From the human T2T-CHM13v2.0 reference genome, Homo sapiens: a stretch of DNA of 64,000 nt. This document shows, piece by piece, positions 12,260 to 26,900 of the stretch (position 1 is its first letter; each line of letters opens with the position of its first letter). The stretch is from NCBI RefSeq assembly GCF_009914755.1, contig NC_060936.1. One strand, given 5' to 3'. The notes beneath the pieces are model-generated. The model was not told where the DNA came from. It ran no database searches and saw nothing but the letters and a program-made list of their open reading frames with translations. The translations under genes were made by a program, and so were the position numbers.

Positions 12260-13131
12260 GATTCTTTGTGAAAGTTGCTCTCCTGGCAGTTCTATTTTAC
12301 TAGTAGAATATTCATCTTAGTTCATGGGTTGTTATTCCTCAATCTGGCTGCTGAGTGCCCTTTGGGTGTTTATGATTTTAACTGCCTGCCCCTGGTTCTA
12401 GTTGCCTGGGTTAGGCAATGAGGGTATTTTGTGCAAATTGTGTCCTGAGTGCCTATGCTGCAGCTCCCCATGAGTCTTCCATTCTAATTCTAATCAACTT
12501 CCAGCTATCTATCTTAAGCAGAGTACCTTTTAGGACAGGGTGATAGGGGGAGCCTAGAGGTCACATGCGAGGCCTCCCATCTGTGGAGGTTTAGTTGGAG
12601 AGAGCTGACAATGAGATGATTCCTGTGCAGCAGTAGTCATGAACCTGGGGCAGGAATGAGAGCACCATGCTATCTCCCAGGGCCCAGAGAGTGTGGCCCT
12701 GAGAGACAGATCAGTGAAATCTCTAAAGAGCAATGCGCCAGATTGATGAGATTATCTTGGGGGTACTTGCTAGTCTCTTTGGCTTCGGAGGGGCGTGGAG
12801 GGAGGGGAACAGATAGGCTCAGATCCTCTCTGCCCTTGAGGCTGGTCAAACATATTGCAGGTTTGTAGAGAAGTGTCTTCTCCTTGTACTTGTACAGATG
12901 ATTTGCTAACCGGACCTGAAACTGTCCTATCTCCCTCCATTCCAGTGACTCAAGTGTCCTCAGAGCTAATCCAGGTAACTAGAGCCAGGGGCAGGCAGTT
13001 AAAATCATAAACACCCAAAGGGAACCCAGCAGCCAGATTGAGGAATAACAACAACCCATGCCCCAAGATGAACATTCTACTAGTAAAATAGAACTTCCAG
13101 AAGAAACAGATGACAACTTTAACAAAGAATC
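12260..13131. repeat. Long inverted repeat: arms ~12260-12431 and ~12951-13131, 519-bp spacer
   Basis: Manual alignment of 12283-12414 to the reverse complement of 12966-13100 gives 10 substitutions plus one 3-nt indel. A perfect 38-bp block pairs 12358-12395 with 12985-13022. Confidence 0.95.
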
Positions 13132-14570
13132 AAAAGTATACTTACAAAAATTGAAAAATAGCATTAAAATAACTTTCCAGCATTCAAAAACATGGCTTTT
13201 CAATTAAAAACATCAATTCAGTTAAGGAAAGGATGGCCTAGGATGAGACAGACTCACTTGCAATATAAGACATTATAGGGTAAATACCAAATGAGTCGTT
13301 TTGATTCTCAGGTGGAATTGACCATTAGACTCACCTGTTAAAAACACAGACTTCAACTTACCCAGCCCTAATAAATCAGGAACTCTGGAAGCCGAGCCAA
13401 TGAAAGTGCATTTTGGTTGGAAGTGGCCACTGGTTTTGGGCACTGGTTATGGGGGCTGTGGAAACTGGCAGTACATGTTGAATGAGTTATCAGGGTGAGA
13501 GATCACTGGGTCTGCAGGGATGGTGGTAAGGACCGCGGGAGAGAGATGAGAACTGAAATGAGCATGAGAGGTGGGTAGAGTTTATTGATAGTGACCTAAA
13601 AATATGAAACAAGGATTGATGAATGTTTTGTCTGCATGATCCCAAGTTTTCACCAGATTTAGACACAAATACTTGTCACAACCGTAGATCAAATAGCAAG
13701 TCTAAAATTTTTTAAAGTTTAGCTTTAAATAATATAAAACACATCAGATAAATAAGAAGTTGAAGTATCGCGATTTTGCAAATGTTTAGGAAGCTTGTGT
13801 TCATCCGGTTCACATTTCCTTCACTCTATGTGTGCATGTTTGAAACTGAAATATACAAGTTAAATCTTTAGTCTTACTTTTTTAACCACTGACAATGATG
13901 ATGGTCCATTTATCTCCCAATGTTCCATTTCAAGACAGATGGATCAGTTTGTCAAGGTCTGAGTAGGAATAAATGGAGTGCTCCAAAGGCAAATCTGTAG
14001 TGGTGTGTTCAATTTGATAAAATCACGCTTGCATATTTTTTTCCTAAATTTCCTGAACCACTCCACTAAGGGAGACAACCTAGTACTTCTTGGTTTTTTT
14101 CTCTTCAAATGGCTGCTTCTGAGTCACAGATGTGAAATAACAGGAATCAAAGGATTCATGGATCAAGAAAAATGACTCCTGATCATTTCCAGTAGGTTAT
14201 TTCCTTGGAGCTGTTCTGCTCTGCCCCCAGGAGGTGTAATGGATTTGAACTAAATGTAATCAAAAATTTTCACCTGCATCCTTATTTCCTGAAAGTAGCT
14301 CAGTCCCATGAAGCTGAACTTTCTGCAGCTGTGAGACCCACGGCATGGCTGCTTCCTTAGGGGAAATAAACTCGATGTTTCTCTGAGTCAGAACCACAGA
14401 ACAACAGTCTCATGAAATGCTCTATGCCAAACAAAAAGCACTCTGCACTCAGATTTGGGATGAGATTCACATGCCATCAGCTCTCAGAGGGTGATAGAGC
14501 ACATCCAAGCTTCTGGAGCCCCTGCAGCAGAGAAATCATTTTATTCATAACTCTCTGTAACTTAGTCACT

Positions 14571-14949
14571 TGTATTCATTTTTGAGTGCTGCCTTAACAA
14601 AGTAACAACTGGGTAGTTTAGACAACAGAAATGTATTGTCTCACAGTTCCAGAGGCTAGAAGTTCAAAGTCAAAGTGTTGGCAGCTCTGTCCCAAGCTTC
14701 CCTCCTTGGCTTGTAGATGGCTGATTTCATGTTCACAGGGCATTCTCCCCATATAGGTGTCTATCTCCAAATTCCATCTGTTTGCAAAGACACCAGTCAT
14801 AGTGGATTAGAGTCCATCTAACGACTTCATTTTAACTTGATTACCTCTGTAAAGACCCTATCTCCACATAAGGTCACATTCTGAGGTACTGAGGTTTAGA
14901 ACTTACATCTGAATTTGAGGAGGGAGATGTAATTCAACTGATTATACCA
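14571..14949 (-). mobile_element. MLT1B/C-type MaLR solo LTR
   Basis: caacagaaatgtattgtctcacagttccagaggctagaagttcaaag...ttaacttgattacctctgtaaagaccctatctcc...ggtcacattctgaggtact. Confidence 0.85.
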
Positions 14950-15108
14950 CTGAATCCTTTTTTTCCCATGTCATCTATTAACAGCCTGAAGAACACGTTT
15001 AGAGGGATGTTACTGTGGCTTCACAGATACCATGCTCTTCCTCAATGGTTCCCAAATGCCATTTGCAGAATATATGCAGAATCACTGGGAGTGCTTTTTA
15101 GAATTCTA

Positions 15109-15380
<272 letters not shown>

Positions 15381-15834
15381 GAAGAATTATAGATTCTTGG
15401 GTCTCACCTCCACAAATTAAAATCCACTGGATCTAAGGAGGAACTCAGGAATTTGCAATTTACAAAGTTGCCCAGAACATTCTGATGCATCACCAGGTTG
15501 GAGTTCCACAGCCAGTTAGTGCTCCCTTATTATTTTTTAGACTTGATTTGGGCCATAAATCTTATAATAGCTACCTAAGAAGTACACTTCTTCTTTAAAC
15601 AATATGAACATAGAATTGTTTTCTCATCTCTGTTTTTATTACATCTTCTATCTTCCTCCACTGCAGTACAAACCACTTGATGTGCATAGATTCTGCCTTA
15701 CTCATCTTTTTATTCTCAGTGTGTACCAGAGAATCCACACATAAATAACATTCAATAAGCGTTTATTGAAGAAATAAATACCTCCAGCAACACAGGCAAA
15801 CTGTACAATTGTTTCATCATTTAAAGAAGTTCCT

Positions 15835-16191
<357 letters not shown>

Positions 16192-18194
16192 TTATACTTG
16201 AGAGAATTCAGCTACTCTTAAGAGTTTAACCCGTGCAGCCATGCCCGCTGTCCTGACTCATTTTTACTCCTGCCATGATAGCTTACCTGTGGTTTCAGGA
16301 CACATCTTTCTTTTTCCAGCCTCAAGGATCTTTTGCACATGCTATTTTGGAACTCTTCTGCCTACCCTCTTTCTCCACCCCATCCCCAGTTGCCACGACT
16401 ATTTCCAAATGAATATTTGTTCTGCCCTTCAAATTAGAAGTGGTGCCCCTGTTAAACGTTTTCATAATGCTTCATTTTTTTTCCCATGGAGACACTGATC
16501 ATGCTTGTAATGAATAGTTCAATGGTTGCTCTCTCTGACAAACTCTAATCTACATGTAGGCAGGCTTCATGTCTGTTGTGTTCATTTTTGAAGCCACAGA
16601 AACTTGAACAGAGTAGGAACTCAAATATTAATTGAGTCGTTATGCGCTTTACCATGATTATGTGTTTTTTCCCACCATTAAACTGGGAGCTTCTCTACAG
16701 CAGGGACTAGATTTAATTTATTTTTCTATTTTTGGCACCTGGCACAGTGCCTGGAAGGCAGAACAAGCACAATAAATTTTCTTAAAATTTGTAAGGTTTT
16801 TGTTTATTTGAATGGTTGTTTAGTTTTTGCCTTGATGAAAGCCTGGGATAGAAATTTAGAACAAGGTTGGATGTTGGTGATCATATAAAAATAGATTTGT
16901 TCTTTTTTGTCATTAGAGCCCAAACTTAAAAAATATGTCAAATAAAAAAATAAACTAGAATAACAGGGAACATTTAATGGAACCAAGGCACCTCAAACAG
17001 CTGACATACTTCTAAAAAGCAGAAAGTAATAGTAAGGGAGATAATAGCATACGAGTTAGTTTTCCAATTGCCAAAAGATCACTTCAAATACAGCTCTTGG
17101 CAGTCATCTTCTTATGGAGAAACTGCAACACTTATGGAATGGCAATTCCACCAATCCCCTTTTTCTAACAGCAGAAAAACCTGAAGGAGACAAGCCCAGC
17201 TATAGTCCAGCTGGGACCTGTGGCAATAACCTGACCTAAAGTTACATAAGTGATCAGGACCGTATGTGGTCCGTACCCCTCTGCCTGAGGATGCTACGCA
17301 GCTGTTTAACTCTCTCAAACATTTTGTTCTTTTACTGACAACCCACTGCAGTCAAGTTGTCTATTCCCATAATATGGAATATTGGGTCTATAGTAATTTC
17401 CTATTCCTATTTCTAGGCAATCATGTAAGATAAGGGGAATGGGCACCTATTTCTCTGGGGAAGGTATAAATGTGTCTTTTATCTCTTTCCAGTATCCCCA
17501 CTGTGTAGAGCTGGTCCACAATGGAGAGGAGGAAAAGTTTTGCATTGGACCAAATCACTGCCTTAGAAGGAAAGAGATTGCAATCCCATTCATTTTTAAG
17601 ATCTGCAATGGGTTGGGATGATACCCATTTAAAAAAGAAAAAAAAAGAGGTTACCTCTTTGGCCTCTTTGGCAAAGGATATGAACTAGTAATAAAGCCTC
17701 AGCATCAAGGCTTGGGAGTCTGGCTCAAAGTGGCTAAGACTAGAAGCATCTTCTAACATAAATATGGCAGCATTAGGAAAATAGCTTGGCCTTTAGAGAG
17801 ACCCAGATTATCTTCACCTTAAAAACTACCAAGACCCTGGTCCAGCAAGACCACCATCACAGCAGTAAATACATAGCCACCAACTTCACAGAAGGTTTTC
17901 CACTGAGACATTGTGAAAACCACAATCCATTACCGGTGGATGAGTCCCAGCTCTCTTACTACCTGGAGCTTCCAAGCAAGACTTACCTGTCCTTTGTTCC
18001 AGATTGGTTCCTGGGATCCTGGACCAACACAAAGAGAAGAGGAAAGCCTCAAGGGAAATAAAAGTGAAGGTTTCAGTGATAGTTTAAATATATATTTTTA
18101 AATGTTAGCTTTTTTTTAAATACTTCACAGTGATGGATGGAGTATTTCAACCACAATGGCAAAGAATGAATTACCGGCAGTGTCAGAGTTTCTT

Positions 18195-18937
18195 GTTGCT
18201 GTGGGAAGACAGCTGCCATGTTGAGAGGTGCCTTGTGGAGAGGCTCATGTGGCGAGGAACTGAGACTGGCTTCTATCCAACAACCAGTGAGGAACTAAGG
18301 CCCTAAAGTCCTATAGTCCACAAGGAACTAAATCCTACCAACAACTACATGAGTGAGCCTGGAATCTGATTTTCCCCAGTGGGGACTTAAGGTACCTACA
18401 ACCTGGCTGTTATGGGCTAAACTGCATCCTGCCCAAATTTATATGTTTGAGTCTTAACTCCCAGCACTTCAGAACATGGTTTTGTTTGGAGACATAGTCA
18501 TTAAAGAGGTAATGAAGTTAAAATGAGGTCATTAGGATGAGTCCTAATCCAATAGGACTGGTGTTCTTATATGAAGAGGAAATTTGAACACAGACACATA
18601 TACAGGAAAGACCATGCGAAGAAGACACAGAGAGGAAACGGCCATCTACAATCCAAGGAGAGAGGCCTCAGAACAAGCCAACCCTGCAGATACCTTGATC
18701 TAGGCATCCAGAATTGTATGAAAATACATTTTTGTTATTTAAGCTACCCAGTCTGTGGTGCTTTGTTATGGCAATCCCAGAAAACTAATTAACTAATTGA
18801 CTGCAGCCTTGCAAGGGACCCTGAACCAGAGGACCCAGTTAAGCCATGTGCAGATTCCTGACTCACAGAACTAGGAGATAACAAATGTTTGTTGTTCTAA
18901 GGTGCTAAATGTTGGGAAAATATGTTATGTGGCTATG
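18195..18937 (+). mobile_element. MLT1E/F-type LTR, split by a nested MLT1B-like LTR
   Basis: cagctgccatgttg...gagaggctcatgtggcgaggaactgag... resumes after 18792 with gactgcagccttg...gaggacccagttaagcc...attcctgactcacagaa. Confidence 0.7.
18408..18792 (+). mobile_element. MLT1B-like MaLR solo LTR (nested)
   Basis: tgttatgggctaaactg...aagttaaaatgaggtcattagg...cctaatccaataggactggtgttctt...ttgttatggcaatcccagaaaactaa. Confidence 0.8.
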
Positions 18938-18946
18938 TTGTTTTGC

Positions 18947-19278
18947 ACATGTGCCACATAATGATGTTTTGGTCAACAACAGACCACACATATGATGGTG
19001 GGCCCATAAGATTGTAATACTGTGTTTCTATTATGCATTCTCTATTTATAGATACACAAATACTTGCCACTGTGTTACAATTGCCTACTGTCTTCAGTAC
19101 TGTAACATGCTGTACAGGTTTGTAGCCCAGAAGCAATAGACTATACCATACAGTCTGGGTGTGTAGTAGGCTATACCATCTATGTTTGTGAAGTACACTC
19201 TATGATGTTCACATAATTATGAAGTTGCCTAGTGATGCATTTCTCAGAATGCATGCCCGACATTAAGTGACACTTGGC
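18947..19278 (-). mobile_element. Tigger3a/MER7A, near full length
   Basis: Reverse of the MER7A consensus: ...tgttacaattgcctac...aacatgctgtacaggtttgtagcc...aagtacactctatgatgttc...gcatttctcagaa. Confidence 0.85.
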
Positions 19279-19587
19279 TTTATGTCTATCATGCATTTAA
19301 GATATTGCAATATAGTTAACTTATGTTTTAATACACCTCTTAATTCTGTTTTGATCCCACACCAACCAAGATGCAAAACTAATTTTTTCGCCCATTTCCA
19401 TAAAAAACACAATTACAATGGGCCTAATGTGGTTTATGTCATTTTCCCTGAAGATTTGTGGTGGTATAGGAAGCAGTCACAGCACCCTGTATAAAGCTCT
19501 TCCATGGCCTGCCCCCTTTTCGCAGTCACCTCTATTATTTGAAGGAATGGTCCAACCAACCTCAAAGCTCTGGAAATTTGCCCCAAA

Positions 19588-19898
19588 ATAATTTTACCCT
19601 GAAGCCATTGAAGCTTAAGTTTCAGACCCCAGTTTCACATTCCTGTGAGTTCTGCAAGTCACTGGGAGCTATAGAGTCTTCTACGTAGATTTGGGAAACA
19701 AGGTGAAAATACCTCAAGAAATCTCAGAAGCCAGGGGCCTGCATCTCCAAGCCTCTGGCAATTTTCTTGTGGTTTCTATCCTCACTCTAGATATTTGCTT
19801 TTGAGACTGATTTTGAATTCAGAATTTTATATTCTCTCAAAAAGAGAATTCTCCAAATTCTATAAGCTTCAGGCTCTACAAAACTTGTCTATTCTGCC
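19588..19898. mobile_element. hAT-Tip100-like non-autonomous DNA element (family uncertain)
   Basis: Ends tgaagccattgaagcttaagtttcag and aaattctataagcttcaggctctacaaaac resemble Zaphod/MER115-group termini. Confidence 0.4.
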
Positions 19899-21273
19899 TA
19901 ACTAGATTTATCATAGCACGTACCAAAGATGGCCCTGCCTCATGAGGACTTTTCATATCAGACCCTTAGATAATAATATTCCCTCATGTAAGTAATAATA
20001 TTTCCGCATGTAGTTATGTATGAATAATTTTCATTCATCTATATCATGTTGGCCATAGTCAGTGTCCATGTCCAATTTATTTTTTGTGTCCTTGGTGCTC
20101 AGAAAGTTACCAGATGTTCAGTCAGAATTTTATTTAAAATATTTTGATGAACTAGATTTAAAGATAGATTAAATTAATTCCTACACATGATTTAATTTAA
20201 TGGATAAAATAAGGGACTGAGCATTAGCCTGAACTGTGTACTTGCATTAGCCCTGATGTTCCCCAGAGGGAATAATATGTGAAGAATACTGCATAGGCTG
20301 AAAAACAAGAGTTCCCAGCAGACCAATATTCTTTCTTTCTGCAAGCTGTGAGACACCTGGGGAAAGTTCTCCACATTTGGTTTTTCAGCTACTCCACCCA
20401 TGACTAGAAGGAAGATTTTATTTTATTATTTTATTTTATTGTATTTTTTAACAGTAAAAGAAAAATTATTGTTATTTTAATGAAAAAGAACCACCTGGAA
20501 AGTCTAGTGACATTTTTGAAGGCAGGGACCACTTTTTCCAGGGATTTGTTTCCCTATGCTAGTGCTCCATTCACCCTTGCACCACTTCAGCAAAGCACAT
20601 AGTAGGTGTAGCAGGGAGATGTTAAGATGGAAACTTGGCCCTGACCATAGGCCAAGCCAGGGTGTCTAGTCGGGATTTATCCATAAACATCAATATTTAT
20701 CACTAGATGATATATTGATTTCTTATCTGCCTCCTATACCTATTGATCTATTTTTCACAGCTTATAGTGGGGAGGGTCATGTTCAGTTATTATCCTTAAA
20801 CCAAAACAATCTCTTCTTGAAAAATAGGATGCTATGCTCTGATGTTTGCAGAGGCCAGGAAATTCTTGCTCTGAGAGTTCCAGAAAAAAAGATTTGTCCA
20901 GATTTGAACTAATTTCAGAAAAACAAAACAAAAACAAAAAACCATCCAAGGTTAAGAGGTGACTTCTGACTCACAGAATGAACAAGAAGGCAGGGGAAAA
21001 AATAAGTCCCCCAAGATTCAGGTCAAAGGAAATGAACAGAAGGATGATGGAGTGGCCCAGAGGAGGATCACGTGACAGAAAAGTCAAGATAAATTAGTGG
21101 CAGGACAGAGGAAAAGAACTAAAGACCTGCAGGATCCTGAAAGAAAGAATGAAAGGAAGCAGATGAAGATTCTAGAGCCCAGCTGAATAGCCAGGCCGCC
21201 TGAGGGTAAAGAGGGAGAGAAAGAGGAAGCAGTGAATCAAATCAAAAAAGGATAGAAAAATACAGAGAAACAA

Positions 21274-21400
21274 GCCAGGGCACGGTGGCTCTCACCTGTA
21301 ATCCCAGCACTTTGGGATGACAAGGAAGGCGGATCACATGAGGCCAGGAATTTGAGACCACGCTGGCCAACATGGCAAAACCCTGTCTCTACTAGAAAAA
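21274..21400 (+). mobile_element. Alu left monomer only (AluS-like)
   Basis: Left arm ends at ctctactagaaaaa with no right arm. Confidence 0.85.
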
Positions 21401-23243
21401 TATGGAGGAATGTTTGAGAGATTGTGCACTGCCAGGGGTGAGGACATAAATTTATTTGCTATGTGAATGTTTTTTGAGACTCATCTAGTTCCTTTACAAT
21501 TTTAATTTAGAATTTCTTTAGCTCCAAATCAGGATCATTAGCTGGGAGTTCTTATAAATCAAAAGCAAAACAAAGCTATTGCAAACAAGTGGGAGTTCTC
21601 ATAACCTTAATCAGAAAGGCTTGAGTTGCATTTCCAAATCCTGTCTCTAGAGACCATGAGTTTTTAATGATAGTATTTCCATGAAAGCCCAATTGAATAC
21701 AATCACCACCCAGACCAAAGTGTAGGGGAAATCATAAAGCTACTTTCAAATCCGAGTCTTCTTTGAAATTTAAAATTATATTCCATGATAATGGTTCTCA
21801 TAAACCTTAATGCAAGGGAAAAAAAAAAAACTACAGCAGAATAAAGAAGATTTAAAAAGAAGCAGGATAGGAAAAAAGACAAGCCAGAGGCTAGCTATAT
21901 CTTTTCATAAAGCACACCTGGTCTCATAAGCACATGAGAGCTAGGCCCAGAAGTTTCGAGCCTTGGAGACTCACTTCAAACAAATTCCAGGGAAAGACAC
22001 TCAATTAAGTGTTCAGGACAATTGTATATCCCCAGTGCACTCATGTACTGGAAGTGCTTAAACTCTGCCCTCAGTGGTCAATAAAATGGTATTAAGTCAC
22101 AGACAACCCATTGCCATTGGTATTGGCTGATGTCTCTGGTAGTTTATGTGATGACAAACATTAGCCTTAACAGCAGAGCCTTCCTTTCTTTGATTTCCGT
22201 GTGAAATTCTGTGGCTGGGAGATGTTTATGTTCACATGAACATAACTGTAAGCAAACCATCTTATGGTAGACATCTCTCCAGAAAAAGCAAATTCCATCT
22301 TTTTAAATAGAAAAAAAAAACAGCAGCAAAATGAAATTAATGCCTTTGGCTCATTGTGTTGTAAAATTATCCTTGAAGTTATTTCACACTGCCCTAAAAA
22401 ATCATTGAATTCAGATTATAACACAGCTCTTATGAAGCTGTTAGGCAGTTGCATCTTTAATGAGGCTGAGTAGGTAAGAGGAACAGATACTCTAGATTGA
22501 AAGCCATCGCAAAAAATGTGAAACAACTGTATTAAATTTAATTTAATTTAACCAATGGGTGTATTTATTCCCTGCCTTCTTCCAGAAAGGATTTAGGGAG
22601 CTTAGGTAATGTGGAGGTCTGAAGGTGTAGATACTCATGAAAGCCTCAGATTAATATCTAGAACATATAATGTGTCCAGATAGTTTTCAATTATCAATGC
22701 ATTAATCTAAGCTTGGAAAGGACTTTTAAACTGCAATGAAACCTCAACTAGTTTCAAACCTGCATTTTTTAGTAAGCTATTTTGTCATTTGGAGACCCAC
22801 ACAAAAAACCTATTGTTCCTTTAAAAAGGAGAGAGAGAAAAAAAGAAAAACAACCTGCTGGTGTTGCTTTGTTCATCTTATCACCTTATCATTCAGCAGC
22901 CTATTCAGGATCAAATGTGGGAAAGTCTGTGTGTGAGATTAAGCCCTATACTCAGCACAGGAATTTCTTGGATAAATGTCTTTCTTAAATGGATAGCTAT
23001 GTAAAAAACAGAAGAGAAACTCTATTATTACAATGCAGTTGGGTTTTTTTGTTTGGTATGTTTCAAATCTAATATTTAAAATTAAGAAAATTCAAAGCAA
23101 ACCATCTGTGTGGATGTTTTCATACTCCATTTTTGTGACAATAGCTTGCTTAACCGAGATTATTAGTGGATTCTTTCAATAAGAGGAAGAGAGTACCATC
23201 ATTAAGATGGTATGCCTCCACTAGCCTTTATTTTTGAGATTAA

Positions 23244-23563
<320 letters not shown>

Positions 23564-24894
23564 AAAAAATATATATTTTCTTTAAAAAAAAGTTATTTTC
23601 TGCCTAATTACTTCAATATTTCATGAACATTGTGGGGGAAAGAATATTCATACAGTTCTCTAAATATATCAGTGAGTTGAGGTACCAAATACAGAATTCT
23701 ATTGAATTCTAATTGCAACACTGAAGCAGACTTACTCTAAGATCCTGCTACCTGGACTAACCACAGACTATACCCAGATTCCATCTGCAAGATGTAGTGG
23801 AGCCAAACATCACATCACTGAGGAATATTTATTATATATCTTTCTGTAGAGGTGAGAGAGTATTTATAGATATAACAAACAATTGGTCAGATACTACTGG
23901 AGATTTGGAAGCTTCACTAGGTTTTTCACTAAATTTGTTGATAGCCAACTCTAAAGCTCATTCTACTACTACTAGCCATCTTCCCTTGGACAATTTCATG
24001 GGCATCGCTTCACTGAAAAGAAAAATGAGTAAGTATAATCTCACTAGTACATGAATAACTATTATAAACACAATACTTTCTACAAGGTTTATTACTAATC
24101 TATGTCATTTAAGTTCTAGATTTTACAGTATTTTGGAGTGATGAATAAATAGCATGCTGTTCTTCTATAGCTAGCAAACAAGACTCAGCTTTGGAGACAA
24201 GAAGAAGGAATACAGGAGATGTTTCCTTGAATGAGTCTTCTTCCTAAACTCTGCTAGAAGTATGTCAGAAAGCGAAGGTTACCTCAGTCTCCAAGTCATG
24301 AAAACATGAGGTCTTTCTGTTTTCTAGGGAAAGTATTTCATCATTTCCTAGTGTGGCTTTTTGCACACCCCAGAAGGAGGAAGACAAGCCATCGTGTCAC
24401 CTTTACATGGTAGTTGAGATGCTTCACATTTGTACATAACATCTTATATGATCGAAAGAGGAACTCAAACTCGACAGGGGAGAATAAGGAAATACATCTA
24501 AAACTGACAATTATGTTAATCCCTCAATTCCCTGGGCCCCCAAAATAGTCTCCTCTATTTGCCATTTCAAAATAGCTAATGAGAGGGTAATTGGACATGT
24601 AGACACTGAATTTCCACTGCTCATGGTTTCCTTCCCTGGGCTCCCAGTCACCCGGAAGGCCCCGGATTACCTCAAATGTCATAACGGGTTCATCGCATTA
24701 CGAATTACCTCCTTCTGCCAATAAACTACAAGTTCTTTGAGGACAGAAACTGTGATTTATGGGCATTTGTATCCCCAGAGATTCAAAGAGTGCCTGATAC
24801 AGAGTGGTGATAGATGATTTTATCATCTTATCATCATCATCCTCATCATCGTTGTACCTAAATAGAGGTTACTTCCTGTTTCTTTTATTTAACA

Positions 24895-25135
24895 ATAACC
24901 TATTATAATATATACTATGCATTTTTAATGCACTTTACAAATATTGTCCTCATTTAATCCCTGTAAGGTGAATACTATTATTGGCTCCATTTTGCAGATA
25001 AGACACTGAGTCGTGAAAAGGCTAAGTACCTCACACAAGATCACACAGCCAGTGACAGAACTAGGATTTGGCTGGACTCTTAAAGACTCTGGTTTGCCAT
25101 TTAAAGGTACGCTGAGCTCCACAACACTGCCTTAG
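24895..25135 (-). mobile_element. MIR SINE
   Basis: ctcatttaatcc...ccattttgcagataagacactgag...aagatcacacagccagt. Confidence 0.75.
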
Positions 25136-25859
25136 AACTTGCTCAGAGCAATTGTCATATTACTATGGTAGGTTTCCCTGTCTCCCTTAAGACTTAAAGC
25201 TTCTGGAGATCAGAAACTGTATTGTTTACTTGCAAAATCATGGGCTTAGGAGCCAGAAAGATCTCGATCTAAGTCCTGCCTCATCTGCTTCTTCTTCATG
25301 GGATTAGTAGACTGATTTTCCCCTTGCTTAGCCATGCAGTTTGAATGGAATTCACCCCATTCTCAGCTACAACCACGGATCTTGTTTGCTTTAAACCAAT
25401 CATCACTGCCCAATTTTCTGGCCTTTGATTGATTTAAAGGTGAACACATGACCGCTTTGGACCAATGAGGCTCAGGTGGTATTTTGTGAGGGTCTCTGGA
25501 ATAGAAAATCATTTCTCTTCTGACAGAACTACAAGGCAAGGCGCAATCACTGATGGTGAAAGATAAAGATCATTATATTAGGAACTGTTGGCTGTCATAC
25601 TGCTAATGTGAGGTGAGTTAGCCTTAGAAAGAGGATGCTACCTTGAAAGGCAGGGCAGATCTATGGAAATAAACTGAGTTTGTGGTGACATTGATAGCCA
25701 CTTTAGTTCATCAGCTGAATCCCAATCTACTTGGTTTTTTCAGCTCTGTAAGCCAACAAATACCCTGCTAGTGTTTTAGCCTATGCCAGTTGTTTTTTCT
25801 GCTGCTTGTTAATAAGACACATACAGTCTTGGACAAATTATATAAAAATATGAATCTTT

Positions 25860-26199
<340 letters not shown>

Positions 26200-26689
26200 T
26201 TAAGCTATGGATGTAAGCACCAATGCATTTTTTTAAAAGTATATTGGATGAATGAGTTAAAGTCTAAGTGAATTCAGCAAGTTTGTAACCCTTGAGCTCT
26301 TGTGAGCTCAATCTGCCCTCAATCATCTGAGAATGAACAAAACAGACTCAACCATTTTGTGTCATCCAGATGAATAGAAAGGGCCTGAATATATTCTTTT
26401 TTTATATTTTTTGTCATAGGCCCTAGCGTTTTCATCTGCTCAGTTTTTGAGTGTGCTTGTTAGGGCTTTAATGCTAAACTCAATGTAAGCTGGGTTTATG
26501 TAATTTAGTGGTTTCTAGACTTAGGCTTCCTAAATGTTCCATTAGACAAGAAGACAAAATATGAAACAAAATAACATCAAACTACCATTAACAATTAGCA
26601 TTGTCAGAGTCAGTAAAAACTGTTTTGAAATAAAGCAGCTTTTCAGGCCAGTATTTGAGAACTAATGATAGAGTTTTTTTGTAGGCAAT

Positions 26690-26900
26690 GAATGAAGTGT
26701 TGTGGAACAAATGTGGATTTGGACTTTCAAGACCAACTTGAACCAGAGTCTTGAATCTGCAACTTTACTAGCTGTGGCTTCTTTTTAATTGATTAACTTT
26801 CTTTTTCTGTAAAATGGGAATAATGATTCCTACCTCTTACAAGCGTTGTGGTAGGAGGTATTCCAAATGAGATAAATATGTGAAATCACTAAAACTTCCA
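26690..26900 (+). mobile_element. MIR SINE
   Basis: ctgtaaaatgggaataatgattcctacctc...aaatgagataa...tgtgaaa. Confidence 0.65.

Noticed and set aside
21067-21076. E-box ATCACGTGAC (USF/TFE/SREBP type)
   Set aside because: An isolated single motif with no supporting context.
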